From a virus, in IMG/VR virus record IMGVR_UViG_3300045988_127488: a stretch of 61,431 bases of DNA. One strand, 5' to 3'. The position numbers were made by a program, and so were the translations under genes. The notes beneath the pieces were generated by a model, which saw only the letters and a program-made list of their open reading frames with translations, was not told the DNA's origin and ran no database searches. This document shows positions 1 through 8,496 of the stretch, in pieces (the first letter of the stretch is position 1; each line of letters begins with the position of its first letter).

Positions 1-75
1 AAAGCACAAGTCACCGTTCTCGTCAAGATAGAGCTTCTTTCTGATGGTTGTTTCTCCCTTGGTTGATTGGAACTC
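1..75. repeat. 75-nt terminal overlap identical to 61357..61431 (circular closure of the contig)
   Basis: Compared by eye: aaagcacaagtcaccgttctcg...ggttgattggaactc occurs at both window ends. It lies inside a continuous ORF, so it is an assembly or permutation overlap and not a physical end. Confidence 0.95.
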
Positions 76-954
76 GATACTGGTGACAGCAGACATTTCG
101 CCTGTAATCATCTTAGATGCAGGGGCAAACTTTCTTCCCCACCAACTGTACTCAGAGAGGTCGATGCTTGTACCACCGCCTGTATTGCCACCACCATTGT
201 TCACAACAGGAGTCTTCCATCCGAAAGATTGACCATTCCAATAGAGGTAGCCAGTTGATGTCGGCATATCCATCTTGTTCAGCTCCGTCACAAACGGATT
301 CAACTTGATGGGTTTCCATGAATAGGTGGTGTCCTTCCACACACCTGCCTCGTCACACACGTAAACACTGCCATAGACTATCGCCCAATCGGTCACGGTA
401 GGCGATGGCACTGCTTGCTTCAGCTCGTCAAGGGTTCTGTAATAATATCCCTTGTTGCGTCCTGTGCCGTTGTATGTGAAGAACTTGTATGAATCACCAT
501 TCGTCAAGGTCACGGTGATTTCATTCTTTCCACCATCCACGTTTGACGTGGAAGTCTGTGCGATGCTGCTCACGCCCACACCACGCTCACCTTGCACCAC
601 GCCAAAGCTTCTGTACTGACCGTTTCGAACCGTTCCGTTCGTACCAGTCCAAAGATAAAGCTCGCCATTGTAGAAATAGCCAAACCGTTTCTCCTCGTCC
701 GTTGGGTTCAGAGGAAAATCGCTCTCGCTGACACAAGCCTTTGAAAACAATAAGTTTTGAACGGTTGAAAGCACCTCGTCCCAATAGGAATCACGGTTCT
801 CGTTCACGCACCACGTCCCACGCTCAGGATTCCACCAATGCTGCCATCCGTTAATATCCACATAGTCCCCATCGACACCTCCGTTCGGATATGCCCTGTT
901 GACCTCATACACGTTCCTGTACGTTCCCTTAAAATGCAAGGAGTTCTTATCCAT
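1..954 (-). CDS. Tail fibre / receptor-binding protein, N-terminal part (gene wraps the junction and continues in 59644..61356)
   Basis: My translation of the minus strand from the ATG at 954 (MDKNSLHFKGTYRNVYEV...) has no stop down to nt 1. It reads ...LDENGDLCFNGNLYATGG in frame with ORF 59644..61365, giving 889 codons when joined. Confidence 0.7.
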   Translation of the reverse strand, partial: MDKNSLHFKGTYRNVYEVNRAYPNGGVDGDYVDINGWQHWWNPERGTWCVNENRDSYWDEVLSTVQNLLFSKACVSESDFPLNPTDEEKRFGYFYNGELYLWTGTNGTVRNGQYRSFGVVQGERGVGVSSIAQTSTSNVDGGKNEITVTLTNGDSYKFFTYNGTGRNKGYYYRTLDELKQAVPSPTVTDWAIVYGSVYVCDEAGVWKDTTYSWKPIKLNPFVTELNKMDMPTSTGYLYWNGQSFGWKTPVVNNGGGNTGGGTSIDLSEYSWWGRKFAPASKMITGEMSAVTSIEFQSTKGETTIRKKLYLDENGDLCF

Positions 955-955
955 A

Positions 956-1657
956 TCAGCTAAAATTTGAAAGTTTACTAAATCGCTCAGCCAAATCAGC
1001 TTGCTGGTTACTGCCCAAGTAGATGCTCGCTGCACGGTATATCACGTTTTGGCGGCAAATGTCCAGGAGCGCAACGGTCAGTCTCGAATCATCACCGACG
1101 GCCTCCACCTTAGCCTTCGGAATATATGTAAAGACTTCCACTATATGGTCATAGACATTATCCACCGTACCAGAGACATGGCTGCTGTACCGCCCTGCCG
1201 TGAAGTACATCAGCACACGGTTGCCACCGCTGCGTACGGTCAGGAATCCCCTTGGCTTCTGAGGCGTGCCACGCCCCCACCGTGTGGCTTGCATCCTAGC
1301 CTCCTGGCTCTGTATCGGCAACAACTCATACAAGCTCTGCTGCCAACTTCTCAGCCTCAACTCATATAGGCGCAAGAAGTCCTCGGGAACGATGAGATAG
1401 CCATGTCCATCGGTGTATTTGTACTGGATTGACGTGTAATCTTGCTCCACGCCCGACACGGATGCCTTCACATGCTGTGGAATAAGAAAATCAGCTGGAG
1501 CCTCAACAAGCAACATGTTAGCCGACGACTCCAGGCACTGACGGATGATGACATCAGTGTCATCCACGATAAGGTCATTCATGTCATCATGGCTTATCTC
1601 ACTGATGGCCTTCCGCACCTCTAAAACTAGTTCGCTCATCAACGCTTCCATATACAT
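956..1657 (-). CDS. Hypothetical virion-module protein
   Basis: ORF 956..1693. The track start is a GTG that overlaps the upstream gene. The first ATG after the upstream stop (MYMEALMSELV) is at 1657. The stop lies 1 nt before the tail-fibre ATG. Confidence 0.55.
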   Translation of the reverse strand: MYMEALMSELVLEVRKAISEISHDDMNDLIVDDTDVIIRQCLESSANMLLVEAPADFLIPQHVKASVSGVEQDYTSIQYKYTDGHGYLIVPEDFLRLYELRLRSWQQSLYELLPIQSQEARMQATRWGRGTPQKPRGFLTVRSGGNRVLMYFTAGRYSSHVSGTVDNVYDHIVEVFTYIPKAKVEAVGDDSRLTVALLDICRQNVIYRAASIYLGSNQQADLAERFSKLSNFS

Positions 1658-1673
1658 TATTATATTATAAATG

Positions 1674-2051
1674 TTAGAAATCCATCTCCACACCGTTTTT
1701 CTTCGCCTCGTCCTTCACGCTCTGGGGGCTTTTCAGCTTTCTCGTATCTACGCCAAAAGTCTTGGCAAGATAGTTCTTAGCCTTGGTGATATTCTCGAAG
1801 TGAAGGGCATTCTCGTTCGTCACGTGCTCTTCTTCATGCTTCTGCACCTGCACCTCTTCGGGCTGACTCTCATCGATGATGCGCCCTGCTTTCGTTAGCG
1901 GATGCTTCCGGATGCAGTCTGCCACCTGCTTATTGTCCGTAAGATAGGAGTAAGCATTGTTGCTGCACCGTTCAAACTCCACACTCTTGATAAGTCCGCT
2001 GGGCAGAGTCACCACAAAGATGAGCATACTGTTTGCTACAAATCTATACAT
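1674..2051 (-). CDS. Hypothetical protein (hydrophobic N-terminus), head module
   Basis: 125-aa ORF with an ATG start, directly downstream of the capsid-protein candidate in the same operon. Confidence 0.5.
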   Translation of the reverse strand: MYRFVANSMLIFVVTLPSGLIKSVEFERCSNNAYSYLTDNKQVADCIRKHPLTKAGRIIDESQPEEVQVQKHEEEHVTNENALHFENITKAKNYLAKTFGVDTRKLKSPQSVKDEAKKNGVEMDF

Positions 2052-2153
2052 ATCTTTTGTGTTTATGGGTGAAGGGATAGCGAGACCTTTCAGCCTCAGC
2101 TATCCCCGATTTTCGATATATGTTAGAAAACTATCAGCTCCCTATTACGATGA

Positions 2154-3722
2154 TTAAGCTGCCTCCTGAATCTGCTCATCGGTCACACCGTCTTCGGTGA
2201 AGGTTGGACGAGATACACGGGCATGGGCATCAGGGAATGTCAATACCCAGCAACTATACTCTTCCATCACCACACCTGCAGTGTTGCGAATCAGGAGATC
2301 CTTGGCGTTAAACTCGTTGCGTGACCAAGTACCGAATACATATTTGTCAAGATAACGAGAATCCAGACAGAAGGCTCTACCATCCATGCCCCAACTATTG
2401 AAGGCATCGTGACGATAGATGAGAATCTTTGTTCCCATGCTCTCAAACTTCTCGAAGTCAAGTTTCCATCCCTGGTAGTCCTTTTCGGTCTGTGTAATGA
2501 TACGCTTGTTAGAGCGGAGGTTAGCAAATGCCTGATAAATCAGGTTGTCTACGAAGAGCAACTTGGTACGGCTGGAGTTACCAGCACCCTTCAACATGGA
2601 TGCAATAAACTGGGTCAACTCCTTCTCGCTAATCACATACTCATATACCTGTTTCTTCTCAACCTTTGTACCGCTAGAACCATCAGGAACGGTCACATCG
2701 GCTGTTACAGGCACAAGAGTACCATCAGCCTGCTTACGCATCTTTGGCTCCCAGTGTCCAATCTGTAAATCCTTACCTGCTTCCCAGAAGATGCCACCCA
2801 TGGTATAGACAAGACCTACATCCTTGCCACCATTCGACATAGAGCGATAACCAAACAGTCCACTCAGCTCCTGACCTTGGCGCATATCGTCCATAGCCAT
2901 CTTCTCCTGACGTGTGAAGTCCCACTGCACCTGGGTCTTGCTCATACGGTCGATAAGAGACTCCTCCACCTGCATGATGAATCGCTGGCAATACTGGAAG
3001 CTCTTGTCTGGCATAGAGTAGTAGCTACCTGTCTCTACCTCTTTTTCACCAGCTGCTCGTCCAAGTCGCATTACGACCGTACCTACGGCAATATCATCAG
3101 GAAGGTCTCTGTTACCACGTGCGTTGTTTTTCTTTCCGTTCAGCGCATAACATGTAGGGTTTCCGTCATTGTCAACCTCAGTTACACGCAACTGCAAAGG
3201 AATCATTTCGCTTCGGTCAGTACCATTATCCTTAAAGCCCAGATAGCTGTTCACCATGATAATGTCGCCTACACCGAATACGGTAGGATTCTCTACCTTC
3301 AAGGTCACAGAGCCACCATTTGTGGTTTTAGTAACCTTTTCCGTCAATTTTGTTTTGATTGGTCGCTGACCGATGGAATAGTACTCGATGCGGTTACTGT
3401 CCACAGGAGTCATTCGCTTCGAGGCTCGAAGAATCTGGTCGATTGGGCAACTCTCCAGCTTCATTTCTACCACGGTAGGGTTCACATGAGCCACATAGTA
3501 GTCCCAGTTATTCATTTTCTCCTGCTGCTCCTGGCTTCCACCCTGCCACTTTGGACCTGTGCCACCTACGCCTGGACCATCCGTTGGACCTGTAGGGCCA
3601 CCGCCTCCTTCACCTGCAGGAATATTAGGAGGAGTTTCTGCCATAGCATAAGAGCTGCCACCACTCAGGATCATGACTACAATCGCCATCATGAATCCAA
3701 ACCATTTCTTAAACTGTTTCAT
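2154..3722 (-). CDS. Major capsid protein candidate with an atypical N-terminal signal/anchor and Gly/Pro-rich linker
   Basis: 522 aa, immediately after the scaffold-like gene. The call rests on size, position and general sequence character, with no diagnostic motif. The N-terminus MKQFKKWFGFMMAIVVMILSGGSSYAMA-E resembles a Sec signal peptide. Confidence 0.55.
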   Translation of the reverse strand: MKQFKKWFGFMMAIVVMILSGGSSYAMAETPPNIPAGEGGGGPTGPTDGPGVGGTGPKWQGGSQEQQEKMNNWDYYVAHVNPTVVEMKLESCPIDQILRASKRMTPVDSNRIEYYSIGQRPIKTKLTEKVTKTTNGGSVTLKVENPTVFGVGDIIMVNSYLGFKDNGTDRSEMIPLQLRVTEVDNDGNPTCYALNGKKNNARGNRDLPDDIAVGTVVMRLGRAAGEKEVETGSYYSMPDKSFQYCQRFIMQVEESLIDRMSKTQVQWDFTRQEKMAMDDMRQGQELSGLFGYRSMSNGGKDVGLVYTMGGIFWEAGKDLQIGHWEPKMRKQADGTLVPVTADVTVPDGSSGTKVEKKQVYEYVISEKELTQFIASMLKGAGNSSRTKLLFVDNLIYQAFANLRSNKRIITQTEKDYQGWKLDFEKFESMGTKILIYRHDAFNSWGMDGRAFCLDSRYLDKYVFGTWSRNEFNAKDLLIRNTAGVVMEEYSCWVLTFPDAHARVSRPTFTEDGVTDEQIQEAA

Positions 3723-3775
3723 AATCTGCTAATTTTTAAACTATTAATTATTAATTTTAAATTCTTAATTGAAGT

Positions 3776-4588
3776 TTACATGCCAACCATCTTGCTGTAC
3801 ACCTGTTCCGTCCGGCTCTTTTCCTTTGGAAGTGCAGGAGCACCACCGCCACCATTGATGTTGATGTTCTTCTTGCCACCCTGTTTTCCATCGTGAAGCT
3901 GCCTCTGCTGGTCTATTTTCTCGTTCTTGCCACGCTTATAGCCTCGCTCCTCGGCATCAGTAACAGCCTTGTCAAAGTCCTTGATCTGGAAGAGGCGCAA
4001 GAAGTCTGCCTTCTTCAAGTCATACCGGACAGCTCTCCATACGAATCCATCATCATCGTGGTCTTCGCCATCCTCGCTACGCTTGTACATCCATTCTATC
4101 AGGTCATTGATAGACTCAGGCTTAATCTTGGCTTCCTTCATGGCTTCATCAAGCTCCTTATCCTCTTGCTCCATGTTGGCTGCAAGTTTCTCCTTGCCCT
4201 TGGCTAGCTTCTCACTCGCATCGAGCTTTTCCTTCTCGCTAGCCTTCAAGCGTTTCCTTGCCTCCTCGTCACCATTGATAGCTTCGATGTAGTCCTGACC
4301 CAGCTCGTCTATCAGGTAGTCGATAAGGTTAAAGTCGCCACCATCAGCATTTTTCTTGGTCACAAGACCTGTTACCAACCCAGGAGCATGAGGATTTTCT
4401 TTCAGCATATTGTTGAAGTCGTCCATCTTTTTCTTGCTTTGGTCGTACTGGTCGTAATCGGTCGCAATTTGGTTAAAAACAGCCTCATCATCGTCCATAT
4501 TCAGGTCGGGATAACGCTGCGCAAAACTCTCTCTGAAAGAATCTCGCTTCGATTTAACATTCTGATTATCAATCGTTTCTTTTGCCAT
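3776..4588 (-). CDS. Scaffolding protein candidate
   Basis: 270 aa, highly charged (K/E/D-rich) with coiled-coil-like character. It is the first gene of the operon and precedes the capsid candidate. Confidence 0.5.
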   Translation of the reverse strand: MAKETIDNQNVKSKRDSFRESFAQRYPDLNMDDDEAVFNQIATDYDQYDQSKKKMDDFNNMLKENPHAPGLVTGLVTKKNADGGDFNLIDYLIDELGQDYIEAINGDEEARKRLKASEKEKLDASEKLAKGKEKLAANMEQEDKELDEAMKEAKIKPESINDLIEWMYKRSEDGEDHDDDGFVWRAVRYDLKKADFLRLFQIKDFDKAVTDAEERGYKRGKNEKIDQQRQLHDGKQGGKKNININGGGGAPALPKEKSRTEQVYSKMVGM

Positions 4589-4614
4589 AAACGTTCATTT
4601 TTAATATTTGTGTG

Positions 4615-4662
4615 CTAAATTAAGGAAAATTTCGCATTACTTTGTGATAAGTTCTGCATCTC
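4615..4662 (-). promoter_or_regulatory. Phage-specific promoter (GAGATGCAGAACTTATCAC-N21-TAATTTAG) upstream of the scaffold/capsid operon
   Basis: Read on the minus strand: an ACTTATCAC box sits exactly 21 nt upstream of a TAnnTTTG-like -7 box. The same layout occurs at four other sites. Confidence 0.6.
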
Positions 4663-4681
4663 GACGAATTAATTTTGTTGC

Positions 4682-5116
4682 ATGAAACATCTAAATTCCA
4701 TATCCGAAATTTACCTTAAAAGAGACCAGGAAATGTTTCTGCTCTTTCGTAAGGCCAAGAGGATGGTAGAATATCCTACCACCATGGCTAAGATATGCGA
4801 TTACATCGCCCAGATGCCTGCCTCTTGTTATTATCTGGCTGATAGCACTGCCTATCGGTATATATGCAAACGCATTAAGGGCGAAAAACCAAAATTCGGA
4901 AAATACCAAGCCATGAAGGAAAAACTCTTCGAAGCCTTCTATCAGGACTTCCTGCGCCTCCGGCAGATGGATCAATACAAGAAATACAATACCAAGAATC
5001 TTGTGTATGTGTGCCTGGATCTCCCTGCGCCCAACCTGGGCATGGCTCCTCGCTACATACAGATGAAAATCAACCATCATTTCCGCAACAAGAAAACGTC
5101 ATTCATAACTCGATAA
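4682..5116 (+). CDS. Hypothetical protein, first gene of the terminase operon (small terminase possible by position only)
   Basis: 144-aa ORF. A TAATTTTG -7 box at 4670..4677 ends only about 4 nt before the ATG. No recognisable motif. Confidence 0.45.
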   Translation: MKHLNSISEIYLKRDQEMFLLFRKAKRMVEYPTTMAKICDYIAQMPASCYYLADSTAYRYICKRIKGEKPKFGKYQAMKEKLFEAFYQDFLRLRQMDQYKKYNTKNLVYVCLDLPAPNLGMAPRYIQMKINHHFRNKKTSFITR

Positions 5117-5128
5117 ATCTCTTCTATT

Positions 5129-5608
5129 ATGCGTACATTATATATTACACTCCTCATAATCCTCCTGATGGCGTTCATCATTCCGCTTCATGCCAACATG
5201 GCTGTATCGCCATCAACCCCAATATACTCCCATTTCGTTTACATGTTCGGTCATGCCAACTTCATCCATTGGTCTGTCAACGCCTGGTGCTTGTTGATGG
5301 TGCATCGTCAGTTCCGCTTCCATCGTCTATTGGCTTCGTGGCTGGCATCCGTGGCTCTCTCCTTCCTCTATTATCCGTCCCTCCCGGTCTTGGGTGCATC
5401 GGTCATCATATCCTTCTTCATGGGCTTCACTGCTCCCTGGCTCTACCATAGAAAGCGCCTAGCCTTCTTCCAGATGCTCATTCTCCTGGTAATAGGTTGC
5501 CTCCTCCCTCATATAGCTGGCATCTACCACCTCATCCTCTTCGCCCTAGGCTTCATCTATGCCAAGGCAGAAGGATTCATTCACAAGTCTCAAAAACTCA
5601 ACATTTAA
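5129..5608 (+). CDS. Rhomboid-family intramembrane serine protease-like protein (compact, about 6 TM)
   Basis: FGHANFIHWSVNAW matches the rhomboid HxxxxHxxxN motif. LGASVIISFFMG matches the GxSx catalytic-Ser helix. HIAGIYHLILFALG supplies a His-bearing last helix. I count six hydrophobic segments. Confidence 0.6.
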   Translation: MRTLYITLLIILLMAFIIPLHANMAVSPSTPIYSHFVYMFGHANFIHWSVNAWCLLMVHRQFRFHRLLASWLASVALSFLYYPSLPVLGASVIISFFMGFTAPWLYHRKRLAFFQMLILLVIGCLLPHIAGIYHLILFALGFIYAKAEGFIHKSQKLNI

Positions 5609-5637
5609 CATTCAACACTCAACATTAAAAATAAAAA

Positions 5638-7827
5638 ATGCCAGTAGCAAAGTCTTCATTAAAGGTACGACCTCAGCAGCAGATTTCCGATAAGAAGCTC
5701 AAAGAGATTCTTGCCGAAAATACGAGGAGATTGGAAAGTCTCCTCGCAAGCTATCGTCCCATTACTGGAGAGAATGCACCTGGTCTTCGATTCGAGTGTG
5801 TCATTGAGGATTTCTTGAAGGGCAAGAAACTTTGGCTTCCGGTAGAAATGTTGAAGGAAAAGAAGTTTTGCGCCATCATCAAGTGCGGTTCTATCTCTGC
5901 CTTCTGCGAGAAGTACATGGCAGACCTGGATCAAGAAAAGGCACGCGATGCAGTATTCCGCTATCTCATCCGTCTTCGCTGCAAGCACGATTTTTATTTC
6001 TTCGCCTACGCCTATGCCAGAATCAAGAACAAGGATGGTGGCGATGATATACCTTTCCTTCTCAACCATGCACAGATAGGTCTCACCAAGGATTTCGAAC
6101 GGCAACGCCTTCATGGTGAGCTGCACAGTATCTTGATTATCCTCTTGAAGTGTCGCCAATGGGGTGGTTCTACTGATACCGAGGTTTACATGTTCTGGAT
6201 TCAGATGTTCTGGAAGACCAACTGGAATAGCAACATCATCGGCCACCAGTCTTCATCTGCTACCCAGGTGTTCGATATGTACGAGAAATTGGCGAATGCC
6301 ATCCCTACATGGCTCTACTATGAGATTGGAGAGACATTCAAGGAAGACTCTCGCAAACTCCGCACATCAAGCACTCAGAACAACATCAAGTACCTCATCC
6401 CTCGCTCCTGCAAGATACAGACTGGTTCGGCTCGCAACCCTGAGTCCTGCCGTTCTGCCGATGCAGCCATGGCTCACATCACCGAGGAAGCCTTTTTCCC
6501 TAACACTACAGAGTGGACTCCACAGAAGGTTGTCAATGCCGCAATCTCGCCTATCAATGTTACGAGACCTTACACCTTCATCGTGCGAGAGTCCACCCCT
6601 AATGGGCGTGAAAATGAGTTTCATGATGAATGGGTGCGTGCCAACTCTTTCGACAAGGACGGCAATCGCCTTTCCATCTATACCCCTTACTTCGTTCCAT
6701 GGTTCGACATCGAGAAGTATATCCTTCCTTTCAAGTCTGAGCAAGAAAAGATAGATTTCGTTCTTTGGCTCTACAAGAATCGTGAGGATGAGCAATATCA
6801 TGGCTCTTACTTCTGGTGGCTTTGGGAAATCAAGGGGGCAACCCTCGAAGGCATCCATTGGTATGTGAATGAGTGCAAGAAGTATAGCGACTTGGATGGC
6901 ATGCGTCAGGAATACCCTTCCGATGATGTGGAAGCCTTCCTCTTCTCCGGCACAACAGTCTTCGACCCTTACAAGTTGAAGGAAATGGAAGAGGACTGCA
7001 AGGGCATTGAGCCTATCATGGTGGGCGACATCGAAGGTGATTCCTACGATGCTGCCGATGATGCTTGCATGAACAATATCCGCTTCGTGGAGCGTTCCGG
7101 TGGACCTCTTAAGGTTTGGGCTGGACCCGATAACTCCGAGATTGTCAAGCACCGTTATGTTGTGGCATGTGATATTGGTGGCTCTCATAAGACCTCCGAC
7201 TTCTCCGACATCGTAGTGCTCGACCGCTACGATGAAATCTACGGTGGCGTTCCCGAACTGGTAGCCGAATGGCATGGTCACTGCGATGCCGATCAGTTAG
7301 CTATGCGCTGTGCCCAGATAGCCCATTTCTATAATGATGCTTATCTGGTCATAGAGAACAATACCGCTTACTCTCGCATGAACAATACCGAGGGCAATCA
7401 GTCAGAGCTGTTCTTCCCTATCCTCCTCCCTCTCTACGACAACCTGTATAGTGCCTCCCAGTCCAAGTTGAAGAAGGTGAAGAATATCGAAATGAAATGG
7501 GGATTCAACACCAACAAGAACACAAAGGTAGCAGTAGTGAAGACGATGGCAAGAATCATCCGTGATGGTGGCTATATGGAGCGAGAACTTGCAGCCATAG
7601 ATGAATGCACCTACTTCCTCTATTACAAGCAGAACGACTGCTATGGTGCCATAGCCGGAAAGCACGATGACCGAGTGATGGCAAGAGCCATCGCCCTCTA
7701 TGTAGAAAAGGACATGCCAGCCCCGGAAATCATCCCATTCCGCTCCAAGTCCGACATAGAGCGAGAACGCCTCCGCAACCGCCCTCCAGTAGTAGCCGAG
7801 TTAGCCGGAATAGGTGGCAGCAAATAG
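5638..7827 (+). CDS. terL: Terminase large subunit
   Basis: 729 aa. LLKCRQWGGST resembles the terminase ATPase P-loop variant. VVACDIGGSHKTSDFSDIVVLD and GKHDDRVMARAIAL resemble RNaseH-like nuclease acidic motifs. Confidence 0.8.
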   Translation: MPVAKSSLKVRPQQQISDKKLKEILAENTRRLESLLASYRPITGENAPGLRFECVIEDFLKGKKLWLPVEMLKEKKFCAIIKCGSISAFCEKYMADLDQEKARDAVFRYLIRLRCKHDFYFFAYAYARIKNKDGGDDIPFLLNHAQIGLTKDFERQRLHGELHSILIILLKCRQWGGSTDTEVYMFWIQMFWKTNWNSNIIGHQSSSATQVFDMYEKLANAIPTWLYYEIGETFKEDSRKLRTSSTQNNIKYLIPRSCKIQTGSARNPESCRSADAAMAHITEEAFFPNTTEWTPQKVVNAAISPINVTRPYTFIVRESTPNGRENEFHDEWVRANSFDKDGNRLSIYTPYFVPWFDIEKYILPFKSEQEKIDFVLWLYKNREDEQYHGSYFWWLWEIKGATLEGIHWYVNECKKYSDLDGMRQEYPSDDVEAFLFSGTTVFDPYKLKEMEEDCKGIEPIMVGDIEGDSYDAADDACMNNIRFVERSGGPLKVWAGPDNSEIVKHRYVVACDIGGSHKTSDFSDIVVLDRYDEIYGGVPELVAEWHGHCDADQLAMRCAQIAHFYNDAYLVIENNTAYSRMNNTEGNQSELFFPILLPLYDNLYSASQSKLKKVKNIEMKWGFNTNKNTKVAVVKTMARIIRDGGYMERELAAIDECTYFLYYKQNDCYGAIAGKHDDRVMARAIALYVEKDMPAPEIIPFRSKSDIERERLRNRPPVVAELAGIGGSK

Positions 7828-7860
7828 GTAGCAGCTAAGATAGTTTCCCCCTCTGAGCCT

Positions 7861-7891
7861 CCGTTCCAGGCGATTCCATCGCCTGGTCCCA
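7861..7891 (+). repeat. 31-nt element with a 9-bp GC-rich hairpin, identical copy at 50065..50095
   Basis: ccgttCCAGGCGATtccATCGCCTGGtccca sits 34 nt after the terL stop. An exact second copy follows the 962-aa gene. Confidence 0.85.
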
Positions 7892-7923
7892 ATAAGTAAG
7901 TAACAATTAAAAATCAAGAAAAA

Positions 7924-8391
7924 ATGAAAAAAGTTTATCAAAATCATCTTCGCAAGATGCTGATAGCCATCTACCAGCCAGTAATCACTCGTATCGAGCT
8001 TTTCCGCTCAACCCGAATGTGGAAGAAAGGCGTAAAAGCCACCCTAGCCAAGTACCAGGAAGGAGGCGCTCCACGCTTCTACCTGCTCTACGACCAGTCC
8101 CACAAGGATTGGGCTATCATGACCTATGACCCCAACCGCAAGCAGCTCCTTGCCTACCGTCGCCTAGTCCAGCTTGGCAAGTGGAAGGCAACACGCTACT
8201 TCAAGAACGTGGAAGACATCAAGGCAGCCTCCTACTACTACACCCCTTCCAAGTGGGGAGCAATCGGCTGCGATGCCGACAACAAGGTCAGAGCAAAGAA
8301 ATTGAAGCAATGGCAAGAGTATTACATGTATCGTGTTTCCGTCCAGATGGAAAAGCTACGCTCCTACAAGAAGAAACATGGAATCTCTTAA
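7924..8391 (+). CDS. Hypothetical basic protein
   Basis: 155-aa ORF with an ATG start, the last gene of the terminase operon. Confidence 0.5.
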   Translation: MKKVYQNHLRKMLIAIYQPVITRIELFRSTRMWKKGVKATLAKYQEGGAPRFYLLYDQSHKDWAIMTYDPNRKQLLAYRRLVQLGKWKATRYFKNVEDIKAASYYYTPSKWGAIGCDADNKVRAKKLKQWQEYYMYRVSVQMEKLRSYKKKHGIS

Positions 8392-8393
8392 GC

Positions 8394-8448
8394 CCACACA
8401 AAAAAAGGAAGAGAAAGCCATCACGGTTTCCTCTTCCTCAACCTTTTT
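8394..8448. terminator. Bidirectional intrinsic terminator between convergent genes
   Basis: The stem aggaagag(aaa)/(ttt)c-ctcttcct (8406-8438) is flanked by an A-run upstream and a T-run (8444-8448) downstream. Confidence 0.65.
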
Positions 8449-8496
8449 ACCTTTAAACTAAAAAACTTAAAGTCTATATATACAACGTTATAATTT

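Noticed and set aside
2877-3896. 339-aa plus-strand ORF antisense to the capsid candidate; similar antisense ORFs at 6367..7281 (versus terL) and 9040..9861 (versus portal)
   Set aside because: Low-complexity translations sit inside genes with better coding character and operon logic, so these are shadow ORFs.
4670-4684. Possible leaderless mRNA for gene 4682 (the -7 box ends 4 nt before the ATG)
   Set aside because: It could equally mean the true start is the downstream Met (MFLLFRKAKRM) or that the box is not used. This cannot be decided from sequence alone.
7861-7891. Possible tRNA fragment or attP core in the 31-nt hairpin
   Set aside because: A 9-bp stem with a 3-nt loop does not fit a T-arm or any tRNA arm geometry, and no cloverleaf can be drawn from the flanks. 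I saw no tRNA-like sequence in the intergenic regions I inspected.
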